Origin: Raillietiella orientalis
Taxonomy: Eukaryota
Assembly: GCA_036172245.1 (NCBI GenBank)
Contig: JAYWIR010000005.1
Coordinates: forward strand, 682,001-746,000
Direction: 5' to 3'
Length of the DNA: 64,000 nt
The notes under the pieces are model-generated. The model did not search any database. It saw only the letters and a list, made by a program, of their open reading frames with translations, and was not told the DNA's origin. How positions within the stretch are numbered: position 1 is the first letter of the stretch; each line of letters begins with the position of its first letter. Both the position numbers and the translations under genes were made by a program. Below, piece after piece: positions 11,608-24,782 of this stretch.

Positions 11608-13549
11608 CTACTTCCGATGACCCCGGGGCATCTGCCCGGAAACTGCACGTTGAAATACAAGTGCAGGATAAAGTCCAGTCGTCTCTTCCTCTTTTCCAGT
11701 TCTCCTGGCAGGGGTCGGGAGGCCATCGGAGCGTCCGGTCAGCACGGATGGGTGCTTTTCTGCCACGAGGAAGCTTGGGCGCCCCATTTTTCCTGCTGCT
11801 CCCGGGCGTCCAAGGAAGAGAGCGGAGGAAAAGCGGCGCGCCACCTCGTGCTGGCATGCCCCCGAGGTGGCGCCTCCGTTCTCCTGAGACAGCAGCGGGG
11901 GGGCGGGAAGATTTGCTCCCGTCTTCCAGGCGAGTGCTCGGAAGGTCGACCTGGTCGAAACGGGCGCAGATCGAGCCAGCACGTGGAGGGGGCAGCGTGC
12001 ACGACAGTGGGAAGCGGGACGTGTCCCTTCCTCTCCGCACCGACCCGCTATCGGAGACGCGCACTGAGGTACGCGCAGCGGCAGGAGGCGAAACCTTCGG
12101 GTCTGTAGGATGGCGCGCGCGAGAGCGGTGATTCTTCCGCTGGAGGAGGCGCTGCGCGGGGAAAGTCCCGGATTTACTCGCCCTGGAGTCAGAGAGGAAG
12201 ACCCTCGGGAAGCCCGCGATCCCAGTCGTCCGCCGTCTCTTCATCCTTACGTCCTCAGCCATCTTGCTGGATTCTTTGCGAAGCTCGCATCGCCCGCGAA
12301 GACGACCTACGCCGAACCGGAGCAGCGCTCTCCACGGCCACCGCTCGCACCTCGGCACGAAGGTCGGCAAAAGAACCATCCTCACCATGGGGAAAAGAGG
12401 AGCAGAAGCGAGAACAGGCGCAGAGACGCCTCATCGTCTTCGGGTATATCGATCAAAGGAAATAAAAATCATCCCCTCACCTCTCTCTCCTCTGCACACG
12501 TGTGTGCACGCACAAACGACAGGCTTTCACATATTTTATTTTTGCTGCTGAGAATCAGCTTTTGCGCACCTCGGCGCTTGCGTGAGGCAACCCTGTCAGT
12601 CGGCTCCCGTCCGTCGGTGAGCCTTCGCCGGCAAACGGCCAGCCCCGGGGCGCATTCGATTTGGGAACGGTAAGGAAAGACAGATGTCCTCTGTGCTCGC
12701 GAGATCGCCGCAGGAGAGCAGCGCGGAGGTGCCGCGCAGGGGCGGTGCGGCCAGCGGGCGATCGTCTCGCAGAGGCAGGCCAGGCGGTGCCATCGAGGGA
12801 AGCGCGGAGCCAAGGAACGGCGTCCTTCAAAAGGAGAGTGGCAGCTATCGGGCTCCTTGAAAGGCCGGCCCTTCTTCCCCTAGAGGTTGCGCTTCTCGGC
12901 TGCTCCCTGACTCTACTGGGACGCGCGGTGGAACCTAGGCGCCCGCACACGGATCCCGGCGGGATGCAGCGCGCGGACCAAAAATTCTCGTGGCATCGCG
13001 CTTCAGCCCACTGACGCAGTGGCGGAAGCCAGTCGGGAAGTTCAGGGCACCCGTGTCTGTGCAGGCGAGCGGGAGGGGCAAGGGCCTCGTGCTATGCGGG
13101 CGCGCGACGCAGCTGGCCGGGAAGGCAGGTGCAGACAGCCGCCCGACAACGCGCGCCAGGCTGCAGCCGGAGGATGGACGACCTGGAGTCTCCTCCGACC
13201 TGGCAGGAGCAGCCTCGCGGGACGGGTCCTCGTCTTTCTGAGCGGAAGCTGCTCCAAAGCGATGCCGCCCCTGTGCCTTCGACGGAATCGGCCGAGAAGG
13301 GGCTCAGCAGCCCCGTTGCTGTTGGCGCGCGGTCACCGCCAAGGTGAAGAGCCTCCTCCGCAGGGGGCTCTTCACCTTGGCCCGCCACGCGCTCGCTTGG
13401 CCGCACTCTGCTTTGCACTCCCGTCGCCCTGGAGACCGCGCTCCTCCTGCCTCAGGCCAGTCAGGTCTTGGACCCGCTTTGGCATGTTGCCTCAAGAGAC
13501 CTTATCCAGAAGGTACCCCTCGATCCCTCCTTTCCTCACGAAACTCACC

Positions 13550-13634
13550 TTCGACCTCCGGGAGCTCCTTTGACTTCCGGGAGCTCCTTCGACCCCTGAG
13601 AGCGCTTTCGACCTTCGGGCGTGCCTTCGACTCC
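13550..13634. repeat. 19-bp minisatellite, about 4.5 units
   Basis: ttcgacctccgggagctcc / tttgacttccgggagctcc / ttcgacccctgagagcgct / ttcgaccttcgggcgtgcc / ttcgactcc. Confidence 0.85.
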
Positions 13635-16600
13635 AAGCGCAACCAGAGAAGGTGACTCGCCATCTGCGCCCGTCCCAGCAGCCGGAGGCGGCGGTTCTGT
13701 GGGACGGAGGCTGCCGACTTTATCCGCTTCCTTCCCTGCAGCCATCGCGGAAGTCGCCTCGAGGTCGCTCGGATCGCCCTGCTAGCCACCTGCCTCCTGA
13801 GCTGCGTCGACCCGGGACCGTCTCTTGATGTCACGGGCCCCTCCTGGCCCGCTTCGAAGCTTCCGTGGCTCTCGTCGCCTACGTCCCCTACTGTCTGGGA
13901 CCGCGGAAACATGGGGGCCGGAGGATCCCGAGGGGTGGCGGCGGGTGAGCGCGTGGCCAGGAAGAGAAGCATCAGCCCCGCCTGCCTGCGGGGGCGGCAG
14001 CGGCGCTGCTTTCCTCCGGTCCATCGCGGCAACGAAAACTCCCGGTGTCTTCCGGCACCCTCAGAACTGCCGCCTCGCGACCATTCCCCAGTCCCCCTTC
14101 GGAATGCCGGCTTCGGCGGGGCGTGCGCGCGGAGCGATACGCACCGCCCACCTCCGGCGCCCCGGCTTCCGGAGAGAGCGGCAGAAAGTGTGGCGCCGCC
14201 TGCGGCAGGATCGATTGCGACTCGCATCCGGGACCCGGAAGTGGCGATCCGCTTCCAGGCTCCTCGCGCCTCCGAGCCGATGCTCCTCTCTTGACGACGC
14301 AATGCGAGAGGAAAGCCGACGCCTCTTGGACAGGTGTCAGGCGCTCGACCGGGACGCTCGGAGAGAAAAAGGAAGAACCAACCGTTTTGCCGAGTTCTTG
14401 GGTATTCAGGAAGAAGAGGAGGAGGCAGCAGGATGTCCCCAGGTAAGCCCAGCAGAGAGGCTCCAATGCCGCCCCAAGCTGGCTGCCGCGAGATCGGGTG
14501 CGGCGGCCGACCTGGGATGGACCCGGGACACCACGCGAAAGGGACGCGCCCGGAACGATAGGGAGGAACGTAGGACGGCGCCTCAGGAGGGTCGCACTTT
14601 CCGAGTCGGTCCGGCTCAGGAAGCTAGGAAGTCCTCTCTCTCGGCGGGATCACGGCGAAGTCAGCTTCCTTCTTTAGGTCGCTTTTGGAGATATGCTGGA
14701 GGGGCGCGCGGGAACGGGGAGTCGCCGGAGAGGAGGAGGAGCTACCTGCCTTGAGGAGGTCCCGGCAGCAGCGCCCGGAAGACGACCCGACAACCTCTGG
14801 AAGAGAGAGCGCGGGCGGGAGAAGGCGTCCGTGCCGAAGCAGGGGTGGGGTCCCGGCGCGAGTGCGGAGGTACCCTCCGGACGAAATCATCCGTACGGGA
14901 GTGACGCGAAAAGCAGGTCGGCTGACGGAGGGGCGCGCCGAGCACGGGAGCCACACTGCTCCGGCAGATGGACAGCCAAGCAGAGGAATCACGGGGAGGG
15001 AGAAGTTCCGAGAAGTCCCGAAAGATGGAAGGCGGAGCGGCCGCAGACGTGCACTCTCGGGAGTGGCGCCTCTTCGGACTCCATTAGAAGTGCCCGCGAG
15101 CGGGCGTCTCGAGGCGGATGAAGCGGGGACCAGCCGGGAGGAGTCGGGGGCGGAAACCCATCCTTCTGGTCGCCAGGCGACGGGGATGAGGGAACCGGCG
15201 GAAGAAACGAGCACGCGGAGCGCTTTGGGCTCCTGGCCGGGTTTCGGTGCCACGACGCCCGCACTAGCCAAGGAGGAGTGGCGTTCCGCCGAGTTCCCTC
15301 GGTGGAACGCCACTCCTCCCTAGCAGCCAAAAGAGCACCCGATGACGCGTTGTTCTCACGGTGCGCAACCCTCTGCTCTGCTCCCGGAACGCAACGCATG
15401 ATGGGAAGAACATGAAGGTTGCGGTCCCTTCGAGAAACTCCAAGCCGGTGCTGATGGGACTCTGGAGAAGAAGGTGCGTAAACTTCCTTGAAACGAAGGC
15501 AGCAAAGGCCTTCCGCACGTTCATTGGCACTCTGGTCCCTCTCGAACAGACCCCCCCCCCACCGAGGTGGACGGCATGTGGGAGACCATGCGAACCCACG
15601 GAGGCACTAACACTCGCCACAGCACGCACCGCAGAGGAGAGCAGCCGCCCAGCACACCAGGACACGCGTCGCAGCACGCATCTCAGAGAAAGGCAGCGCC
15701 TGTCGTGCACGTCAGGGTAGGACTTGTGTCGCACACGAGGACACTCCTTGCAGAACGCACACAGGAAAACACGTGTTGCTGAAGATAGACGGGACACGCT
15801 GAGACCTTCGAGTGCGCACACGGTGGATCATTCTGTAGAGTGGCTGAAGAAGGCTGTTGACTGTTGATGGCGGCACACATCGGAGCTGCTGCGGGTCCCC
15901 TCTGCTTAATCCCATCGCGCGGCTGGGGTCCCTTGGTCGTTCGGGGGAGACAGCCTCGGGCGACGGTCGTGCTGAGCCCGGGCGGAGGGCGTGCGTGAGC
16001 TCCGCGGACGCTGGGCACTCTGTCGCTCGGGCCTCGCGTGGCGAGTAGGTCCGAGGGCGCCCACTCACGCGCCGGATCGGACGCGTCCCGGGGGCCCGCC
16101 GAGGTTGCGGGTGCCCTCGCCGCGGTCGCGTAAGGGATGTTCGACGCCACGTCGGCGGAGAGCACCTAAGCGAACCGTCGCGTTGCCAAGGTTTCGGCGC
16201 AGGTGGTCGTCACGTTGCGCCGTCTTTCGGCGGCGCTCCCGACGCGGCGTCCGCCACGGATGACGGACGGGGCGACCGGAAGATCGCTTTTCCAGGACTA
16301 GCGCGCGCGCGGGTGCCCAATGCCGCACCGGGAGAGGAGCGTTACCGGGGCGCGCGCGGCGCATCCCGCATCATCCACGGGGACTGCTATCGCGGAATTT
16401 ACGGCTCTCGGCGTTTCTTTATTTAGTCGTCCGGGAGAGTTTTTATTCCCGCAGTCAGGATGAACTCTCGGCTTTCCATCCATCCAGGAACTAAAAGCGG
16501 CGGGGACGATATATCCACCAGGACAGCTGAGAGACTGCTTCCTCCAAGGATCGTCTAAATTATGGATCATTTGCTGCTGCCTGCACCTGACGCTGCTCGT

Positions 16601-18489
16601 CACCCGCAGCAACGGATCGCTACGCTCCTCCTCCGCCTCGTGTGGAGAGGAATTCCCCTCTCTCCCGGCGTTGTCGTGGTCGCAGGGACTGTAAATAACA
16701 TCTGACAGGGCGGTCCCGGCTCTCCCGCCATCTCTCCCCTCTTCCTCCTCCTCCTCCTCCTCCTCCTGCTCCCTGAGCCACCCGGGGGACGGATGGAGAA
16801 GCAACGGATGAAGGCAAGCAGGTCTGAGCGCGCCGTACCGCGTGCGGCCGGGACGAGAGTGGTCGCCTCGAGCGATCGCCTCCGGCGAAGGCGTGGAGCC
16901 CACTCGACAGATTCAGGGGTAAAAGATGAAAGCCGAGGGAAAAGGAAGGAGGGGAGAGAAGAGAGGAGGAGGAGGAGGAGGGATGAGACCGAGCTGCAGT
17001 GTTTGAAGAGGCTGAGACTTCCAGGGGTGATGCTCTGCTTCACTTGCCTTCCCATTTTTTCTGTGTGTGGGGGGAAGAGGGGTTGTAAGGGTTTCCTGTA
17101 GCCACCCTTTCGTCCCCTCCTCGTTTCCCTCGAAGGGTCGGCGGCCCTTCACAAGGAGGTGGTTCCTCCCTGCGTCTGTGCGCGAGGCGTCCTGTGCCGG
17201 CGGTGTCACCCTCAGCCGCTACCAGGGCTCTGCCGCTGCCCAACTCCTTACCCTGAAGGGGTGGGGGCCGCTCTTCCACTGCTGCGGCGGCGGAAGGACG
17301 ACTTGCTGGCTCCTTCCTCACCCTCCTGCGTCCCCGACTCTGCGTTCCTCTCGCCTGAGAGAGGGTGCTCCTGGTCCTGGCAGGAGCGCGGGGATCGGTG
17401 ACTCCCCACCCCCATCCTCGCCGCCACCACCATCACAGCCGCCGCCGTCGTCTGCTGCCGCTGCTGCTGCAGCAGCAGTAGTGAAGCAGAGTTGCCACCC
17501 GCCGCCACAGGCGGCAGCACTGGTGCAGCCGCTGACATCGCTGTCACGACATCCTATGGAGGCGGCAGTACCCAGCCGCATCCGCGCAGTCACGAAAGCG
17601 GGACTCCTCTCCAGGAGCGCAAGTCGGACGGGTTCTCCGGGACCCGTTGCTGCGCTCCCGCCTTCGCCCGGGGCAGGGCACCCGTCCGTCTTTCTCTAGA
17701 CGTCTCTCCGAAGCGAGGCACGCGCCGCACGTGCGCCACCTTCCGGCGACACGGACGCAAAGCTGCCAACTGTTCCGGGAGCTCAGGAAGGAATGAAGAA
17801 ACGATAAATTACCCCCCATCCGATCCGTGTGGGTCGAGATCCACCACCGCCATCTCGGAGAGCTTCTCAAAACGAGATGCGATCCTCCGTAAGGAGCGTC
17901 CCTAGCTCCTCTCCCAACCTACAGCGACAACCCTGCGACGGGCACCTGTCTTCTGCAAGAAATCCCGAAACAGGGAGGAAGAAAAAAAGTTTTCAAGAGC
18001 CCTCGCTCAGGTGGGAAAATTTCCCCGTTCCCCTTGGCAGATCTGAGGATTTCGCCCCCGGAAGGGAAGTCGGGTGCCTAGGCAACTGCGCGAGACCCCC
18101 AACGGACAGCGCATTAGCCGCCTGCGAAAGTGGTATGCGAGACGCGGTGATCGACGATGGGCTCGTCGCCTCCAAGAGACGCCGCGAAGAGCGCCGTCCA
18201 GGCATCCCCCCTCCCCCCCTCCTCTGCACTCGTGACACAGAGGCTGCGAAAGAGAGTCGCCCGCAGCCGTCTACGTAGGGGCGGTTGCCATCAGCGGGGC
18301 GGCTCCCCGGTTCGATTTTTTTCGTTTTTTCGCATATGTATATGCTTCGGCTGTGCACGTACGAAAATGGGGACGATTGTAGACGGAGTATCCCAAAACC
18401 GGAGATCGCGTCCCATCCATCCCTCTCGCTTTGGTTCCGCGACGGCACATGTAGACCCTTCTCTGGCCGAGTACATTCCTATTTATTTG

Positions 18490-19060
18490 TGTTACATAAG
18501 CGACCCGGCAAGCTGGCATGAGGTGACCGCCCCGGGTAAGCACGAGCTCTGGGACTCGGGTTGCTATTGGAAACGGAGATGGGACAACCGTGTCCTCCTT
18601 GCCCCTGGACACAACTGTGTCCCTCCCATTCCGTTGCTGAGCCAATCTCGTGATCGTAGCCTCCCCTCCCTACTCACTATTACTCCTTCATCTCTGAAGT
18701 AATAGGGAGTAGTGCTGAAGAACCGTCCGCCTCCTAATTAAGGGGGGGGAAGAAGGCGCGAAGCTCCTCTTTGATACCGCCCACACCACACGGGAGGCGT
18801 GTGACTCTTCCAATTATAAAGGGCACCTCGACAGTGGTCCACCCTATGAATCCAGGAAAGGCCCCGTAGGAGTTCCTCTCACTCTTAAGGGGGGACCTTA
18901 AAGGGAAGCACCTCTTACTCCGGAGTCACCTCCTGGTTTGTGGAGGTCTCTCCACCATTTCCTGTCCGAAGAAACCCGGATGGAAACCCGGATCCGCTCT
19001 TGGAATTTCTTCTCCAGAGGGAGCCCCCGGAAAGGATCCGCTCCAGGTCACCCTGCGGTC
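18490..19060 (+). mobile_element. Dispersed repeat, possibly a solo LTR (copy 1)
   Basis: Begins TGTTACA, with CCAAT (18642), GC box (18777) and TATAAA (18815). 18845-19000 is clearly homologous to 38455-38620 (gttcctctcactcttaagggg...ccttaaagggaa...ctggtttgtggagg.ctctccaccatttcctgt). Right end undefined; LTR identity is inferred. Confidence 0.5.
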
Positions 19061-19606
19061 GGTGGAATAGGACGGCTTCCAAGCGAAACCAAGCAACGGG
19101 AACCCCGACGTGAACCAAGCGAGATCCACGCGTCCTCTCTCACACATTCGGGACCTAGTCACGAGTTCAAAAAGTTCAAGACGCAGTGTGGTTCAAGAAT
19201 CTCTTTCCTCAGCATCCTCTTCATGACGTGTCTCCGGCCGTTGCCTGGATACCTCTTGGGCCCATCCCTCCCCAATCACCTTGGGGAGTCCTCTGCGGCC
19301 GTCCCCGCCATGGGGTAATGCAGGGGAGCATCTCCTCTTCCTCCCAGACAAACGTGACCAACGGCAAGGATTCCCCTTCAGGGTTGTTCCCAGGATCCAA
19401 CGGCGCGGTCACGTGATTTGCTGCCCTCGGAAAAGTCCTCGTACTGCCTGCAGATCCTCCGCATCGTTTTCGTTTCCGGTGGCCTCAAGGGAGCGGCGAC
19501 TCCTTCCCCCTTCCATTTCGTGGATGGGCTTCGTCTACCGTCTCTGGTTCCGTCCATTCCTTACCGGGTTTCAAACCTCCATCGAGATGGCGGCGTCTGC
19601 AATGGT

Positions 19607-20377
19607 TTAACACCCGGGTGAGCCGGGGCGTTTATTTTAACAATAAACAAACATGTGTAGGGCCGTCGGCCCTACAACGTCCCGAAAGAGTTCGGAACTT
19701 GCCGAGTCACCGGCACGCAGGCCGGAAAGGTTCCCCTTGGCAGCGGAGCGGTAGAGGGACAAACGAAAATAAAAATAAAAACACTATTTACGAAAAAAAT
19801 GGGACGGTTGGGGGAGGGATCGCATCCTTTTTAGGATGCTGGCAAGTCCCATCGTCCCAGGTGGGGCCATTTGGCTGCCGTCCTCAGGAAGCGAAGGGAT
19901 GATGACGGCGTCCCTGTCTTCCCCTCGCGTACCTACAGGCTGCCACCATCGCACGTAGGCAGCCAAGGGGGATACGGCAGGCGAAAGGGCATCGCGCACG
20001 AAGAGGCGCTTCAACACGTCCCTGGGATTGCCCGTCGGTGCACCAAGGGCTGTTGCGTAGAGCAACCGCAGGGGGCGGAGGGCAACACAGTCAGGTGCAG
20101 GAGCTGGGATTCCCGTTCCCCGCACCTGCAACAGTTGGCGTCCACAGCTCTCCTCGTCCAGTGGGACCGGCGGGCGTTGCTGAGGAGGCCCCGGTGCAAC
20201 AGCGGAAGTGTTGATTCCTGCCACTTCAGGGGAGGAGGGCCCGGTTGTCCTTCAGCGCTGGGGGCTACCCGAGGTCTTCCTGCGCGATTCCCAGCAGCTC
20301 GCCCCAGCGCAATAATCCCTTCGGAGGGGAACTTTGGGTCGCAGCGTCCATGAGCTGATCCGTGATCCAACCACCTA
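19607..20377 (-). mobile_element. Left arm of long inverted repeat; decayed Tx1/L1-like non-LTR retrotransposon 3' end
   Basis: Reverse complement of 29059-29829: paired coordinates all sum to 49436 and three overlapping ORF translations are identical. Encodes a broken C-terminal zinc-knuckle-like segment (LLHRGLLSNARRSHW...NCCRCGERESQLLHL) followed by an AATAAA-bearing tail. The repeat is certain; the clade is inferred. Confidence 0.85.
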
Positions 20378-22590
20378 TCTCTGTGTGCCACCGATCTCAC
20401 ATCAGACCTCTCATTGGGTCAGCTGACTACTGCCCAGGTGCTCCCTAAGATAGGACAGAGTCGCGTCTAGGGAGGTCCTTTCTGCTCAGGCACGAGTGGT
20501 GGGCTGCACGATGACATCCTGCAGCGAGACGCTGTTATAGAAGCTCCTGCAATGATGGTGCGCGGAGGATGACGACGCTCTCTCTCTGTTCCCACGCCTC
20601 ACCGTCTGAGCTCCGTTGGTGCGGCCCTTCCGTTCTCGGACCGGGTCGTGCGCTGCTGCGGATTCGCCGATCCGCACCCCACCGCACGGTCGCTCCCTTT
20701 CACTTCCGGCGGAAAGTTCATCAGGCGGAAGGCTGTTTTGGACTGCGCACCACCAAGACGCACTCTATGGATTGCAGCGCGGTCTCGGTGGTCGGCGTCA
20801 AGAGAAGTGCTCTTTCTATTCGTTGTTTAGAAACCTAAAACAGGCCCGTCTGGAGCTTGGCTACACTCTACCGCGGTGTCGGAGACCTGCGGTGGCCCGC
20901 TTTCAAGTCGCTCGCCGTGCTTTTTTAGATTGCCTTGTTGGCTACCATGCCAATCGCGTTTGATGCCGTCACGCCGCAAGGTTTTCCAAGTTCCTGTCAG
21001 GGGCGACCTTGCACAACTTCCCGGGGAAGGTAGCCGAGCACCTGATCAAAGCCCCAGAGAAAACCACTTATGGGGAGGAAGGAAACCACGAGTGAGGATG
21101 GAGTTTTCCTGCCGGCCGCGCCAGGAGGGAGGCACCGGCTCGAGTGGATTGGCACACGTCGCCATGCTGCAGGACTTAAGGAAGCCCGTCAGGCACGTCG
21201 GCGCTTGGGACGAGTGGCCGTGCGTGTCCCACTGAGTAAAAGAGGGGGCTCAGCTGATCCCCGTGTCGCTGGCTCATCTCGGGAGCATCGGCTGATCGCC
21301 GTGTCGAAGTCTGATCATTGCATGTTCAGCTCATCTCCGTGTGATCCTCCAGGTCGAAGGCTGGCTAGCCTGCGACACTTCTTCGCAGCTCCAACGGTCG
21401 TCACGGGTTTCCGGAGGCTGGTCCGGCAGACCGTCCGTCCGTTCTTGCGCTGCCTCTGACTTTGCCCTTCGTCGACCTTGGCTCCACCGTCGTCGCTCCT
21501 GAAACTCCCCCCCCCCCCCCCACACACACATTCCCAGTTTCCTGAACGATTCTCGCTGACGCATCCTCATCCGGTTCGGCCACGCAGTCTGGTCCGGTTC
21601 TCGTCTTCTCGTATCGCTGCTTCCTGCCCTCGAGGGCGTAGTCTCAGAAAAAGGGTGCTATTCATCCGGTAGCCGAGGGACTCCCGTCCCCGCGGCCCGG
21701 ACGACAAGCCAACGATCAGGGGACGCCCGTAGGAATGAGCATTCAACAGCCAAGGGACGCCCGTCCCAGACATCGCAAATGATGATGATGAGAGGGGACT
21801 CAACATGTCCAACGGCCACGTGTGCTCCCATTCCGGACTGCCGGGACAGTGGAGCAAGATGGACCCAGCTTGGCACAGGAAGTTTTTTTCGAAAGGAGTC
21901 ACGAAAACAGGTTTTTCGATCCAAGGACTTTTGTGCCAGAATTTAGGAGGAAAAAAGAGGATTGATGGGATGGCATGGTCCTCGACAGGGGGAAGAGTGA
22001 CGAAATCGTGTTAGAATTGGCGCAGCACGGAGATGTCCCATTTTGTTCGAAGCACAAGGTCGGTATCGATAAAATCCAGGAGCTACTGAGTGTCCATTCA
22101 TCAAATAATAGCAGACTCCATATAAGACAGAACCATTCTGGCAGATGATCATATCAGAATAGAATGCAAGTTAAGACTTCGGCGGACTTTCATTCAGTTA
22201 TTCTCTACAGCGGCTATACACTCATTTACTACATCCAAGATTCTATCACTTGTAGAGCACAACTTTTTAATGCTACACGATCGAAACTTAAATTTCGTTC
22301 CTGACTCGGCATTTTTCGGTTGTCGAATATGCACTTTATTAAGTGTACAAGTTTGGGACATTGCTTATCTAAATACCGTTTCTAGTGAACAATCAAGTAA
22401 ACCACATGGACAGTGTACTTATTAAGGAATGATAAAACCAATGAAGAAACGATGAATTCACGGACACCTATGTTGAGAACTACTGCGGAAGGTCCTTCAT
22501 TCGGAGACACGTTAATTGGAATTCCACTATGGGCTTAATTTTGTACTTGCATTTCTCAATAATCAAAGGACTTAATGAACAGAGTACAGA

Positions 22591-23370
22591 TTTATTTATG
22601 AAAGGGTTCAAAAAAAGGTTTAAGAATTAGCCACTGTGGCTCTACCCAACCTTCCCATTCTTTCCTTCTGATCGATGATCTGCAACGGTTTCCACATGGT
22701 TGTCAAGGTTGCTTCGGAATCCAGGAACTCCCTCGGGTCGCAGGCACCGTCTGGTGCACGTCCTAATCGATGAGTCCAGTCCTGCTGCAGCGAATGGCGG
22801 AAGAGACCACGACCTTTTTCATTTTATCCGCATCTTCTAGGGATGTCCATCTGCCTCAGGGCTCCATCATTCTTAGGATCCCAAGATCCTAAGACTCCAA
22901 CTATAATGGCATGGACCTTCACTCACTCCTCGGGAGAGTAGGTGCGCAATTTGTTGGTATTTTTCTTCTTTCTTTCGCCTGGCAGTGAGAAATGCTTCCT
23001 CTCCATTCTCAAAGGGACAAGAAACATCCAACACCACCATTCTGCTATCTTTCTGGAGTACAAGGTTTGGTCGCAATGGTGAATCCACACCCGGGAATTG
23101 CTGGTTCGCAGAGATCAGCCTCCATCCAGCTGTTGAAATGGAGGCTCTCTTCATCCTATCCACGATGACATTGTGCTGTTCTTTGTACAGGGGGGAATGC
23201 CTCATGCAGCGGTTTAATATATGAGGCAGAGTTTCATCCCATGTACCACATCATTCTGGTCTTCTTAGCATTCCTCGAATCGGCAAGAGGTTTAACCCTG
23301 CCGGGTGGATAAAACGGAAATCCGCGAAACGCAGCTAGTCGCCACTTGTTAGAAAGAAGCTGCAGACTTG
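22591..23370 (-). mobile_element. Decayed RLE-type non-LTR retrotransposon (Utopia/NeSL-like), 3' fragment
   Basis: Minus strand reads SFFLTSGD*LRFADFRFIHPAGLNLLPIRG / CGTWDETLPHILNRCMRH...QHNVIVDRMKRA...LRPNLVL...VVLDVSCPFENG..AFLTARRKKEEKY / AIIVGVLGSWDPKND: a zinc knuckle plus restriction-like endonuclease, with stops and frameshifts. AATAAA on the minus strand at 22591-22596. Confidence 0.85.
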
Positions 23371-24782
23371 ATGGATACTAACATAAATTCTCCAAACGAG
23401 CCTACCTCCAAGAATAAGAGATCCAGCATATGGGATCAAATATGTATTGCTCGCTGAACATGGCGTGTTTCCATTTTTTGCATTTTGAACTCCCTGAACG
23501 AGATACCTTCTATTACATAAAAGAGATGAAAATCATAGCGTTGAGAAATCCACCCATTGGGAACTAGTAAAAAATTCCAGAGAATGTCCCATTCTTTCAA
23601 TGATGGGTATTTTCGGAGGAGGAAGTTGAGACCGAGATGGACTAATTATGAAAATTTTCGAAGAGCAAACTCATTCCAGACTGAAAGCAAAATGCCTTCT
23701 ACTCGGGAACTAACCTGGTAGTCCTCCCATGTGCAGAAAAACGGTACATAAATTTAATGGAACTTATTCTGCGTCTCAAATACCGCGTCCACTCACACTC
23801 TCACAACTTGATGTTTCCCTGTTCTTGAAGCTCCTGAATGTCTGGATTTTATGTCGAATCTGTCCGCGCTAGTTAAGGGGGACAATAAATTCAACGGAAG
23901 CCAACTGATTTGGACAAATTATGTATAGGTAGGTAGGCAGGTGTGTTCGGCAGGCTCTTTCACCGAGCAGGGCAAACTCGTTCAGTACCGTGCCGCTTAC
24001 CATGGATGACATTTTTATTAGTGTATAAATCGTACGTCAAAAAATGAGTCTCTGTGTTCCAACAGGTTCCCCGTGGTGGTTGAGCGTTCCCCCCCCCCCC
24101 TCCTCTGTAGTGGCGATTCTTTCCGTAAGCCCCAGTAATGGTGGAGGTCAAGCTTGCCACTGCCTGTTTTCGAGCATTTTCCTTTTTTTTTTTGCTGCCA
24201 GAAGAAATGAAAGTTCATCCCGGTAATCCGTTAATTTGTAGAGTAATTCCAGTTTCGGCGTCGCGGCCTGTTCGGTGAAGATCGCTGAAACTGGAGACTC
24301 GTTATTTTCAGAAGTCAGTCATTCCTAATTCACGTTTCTTAACATCTTTCGTCACGTAATTACGTACGTGGTAATTTATTTTGAGGGTGCTGGAAGCGTT
24401 TTCAGTGCCTGCATGTTTTTTGGTTCGTGCCATCATTTTTCCGTTTCTTTCCTTTTTAATGTAAGCCATTTTGATGTTTCTGCAGCTGGATGCATCCAAG
24501 TGATGCTCCGGGCCCAAGATGTGCTCGGCGGGCGTTTTCTCTTCTTCTTCCCTTTCTCGTGTTGTTTTGAATGTGGTTATGTAATGAAGAATTGTCGTAC
24601 CGAGTAAAAATTCAAAATGATGTATGGAGAAATGAGCCAAAGTAAGTCGAGAATCGTGGATGCAAATGAGCATAAAAGTACTGTGGTTGGGGTCGGACCT
24701 GTGTTTGTCGATTGCAGATGGGTTTTCGTTTTGTGAGAAATAATGTCTCATGGAAGTGTTTCGAGGTAGTAGAGAAAGGTGC

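Noticed and set aside
13550..13634. CRISPR-like array
   Set aside because: Units are contiguous with no spacers, and the context is eukaryotic.
13825..14754. 309-aa ORF with a gag-like helical stretch
   Set aside because: No diagnostic motif or flanking LTRs; a profile search would be needed.
20698..20724. Hammerhead-like core on the minus strand: CTGATGA-actttccgccggaagt-GAAA
   Set aside because: Stem II can form, but I could not build stem III with the required A-U pair and UH cleavage site in any topology.
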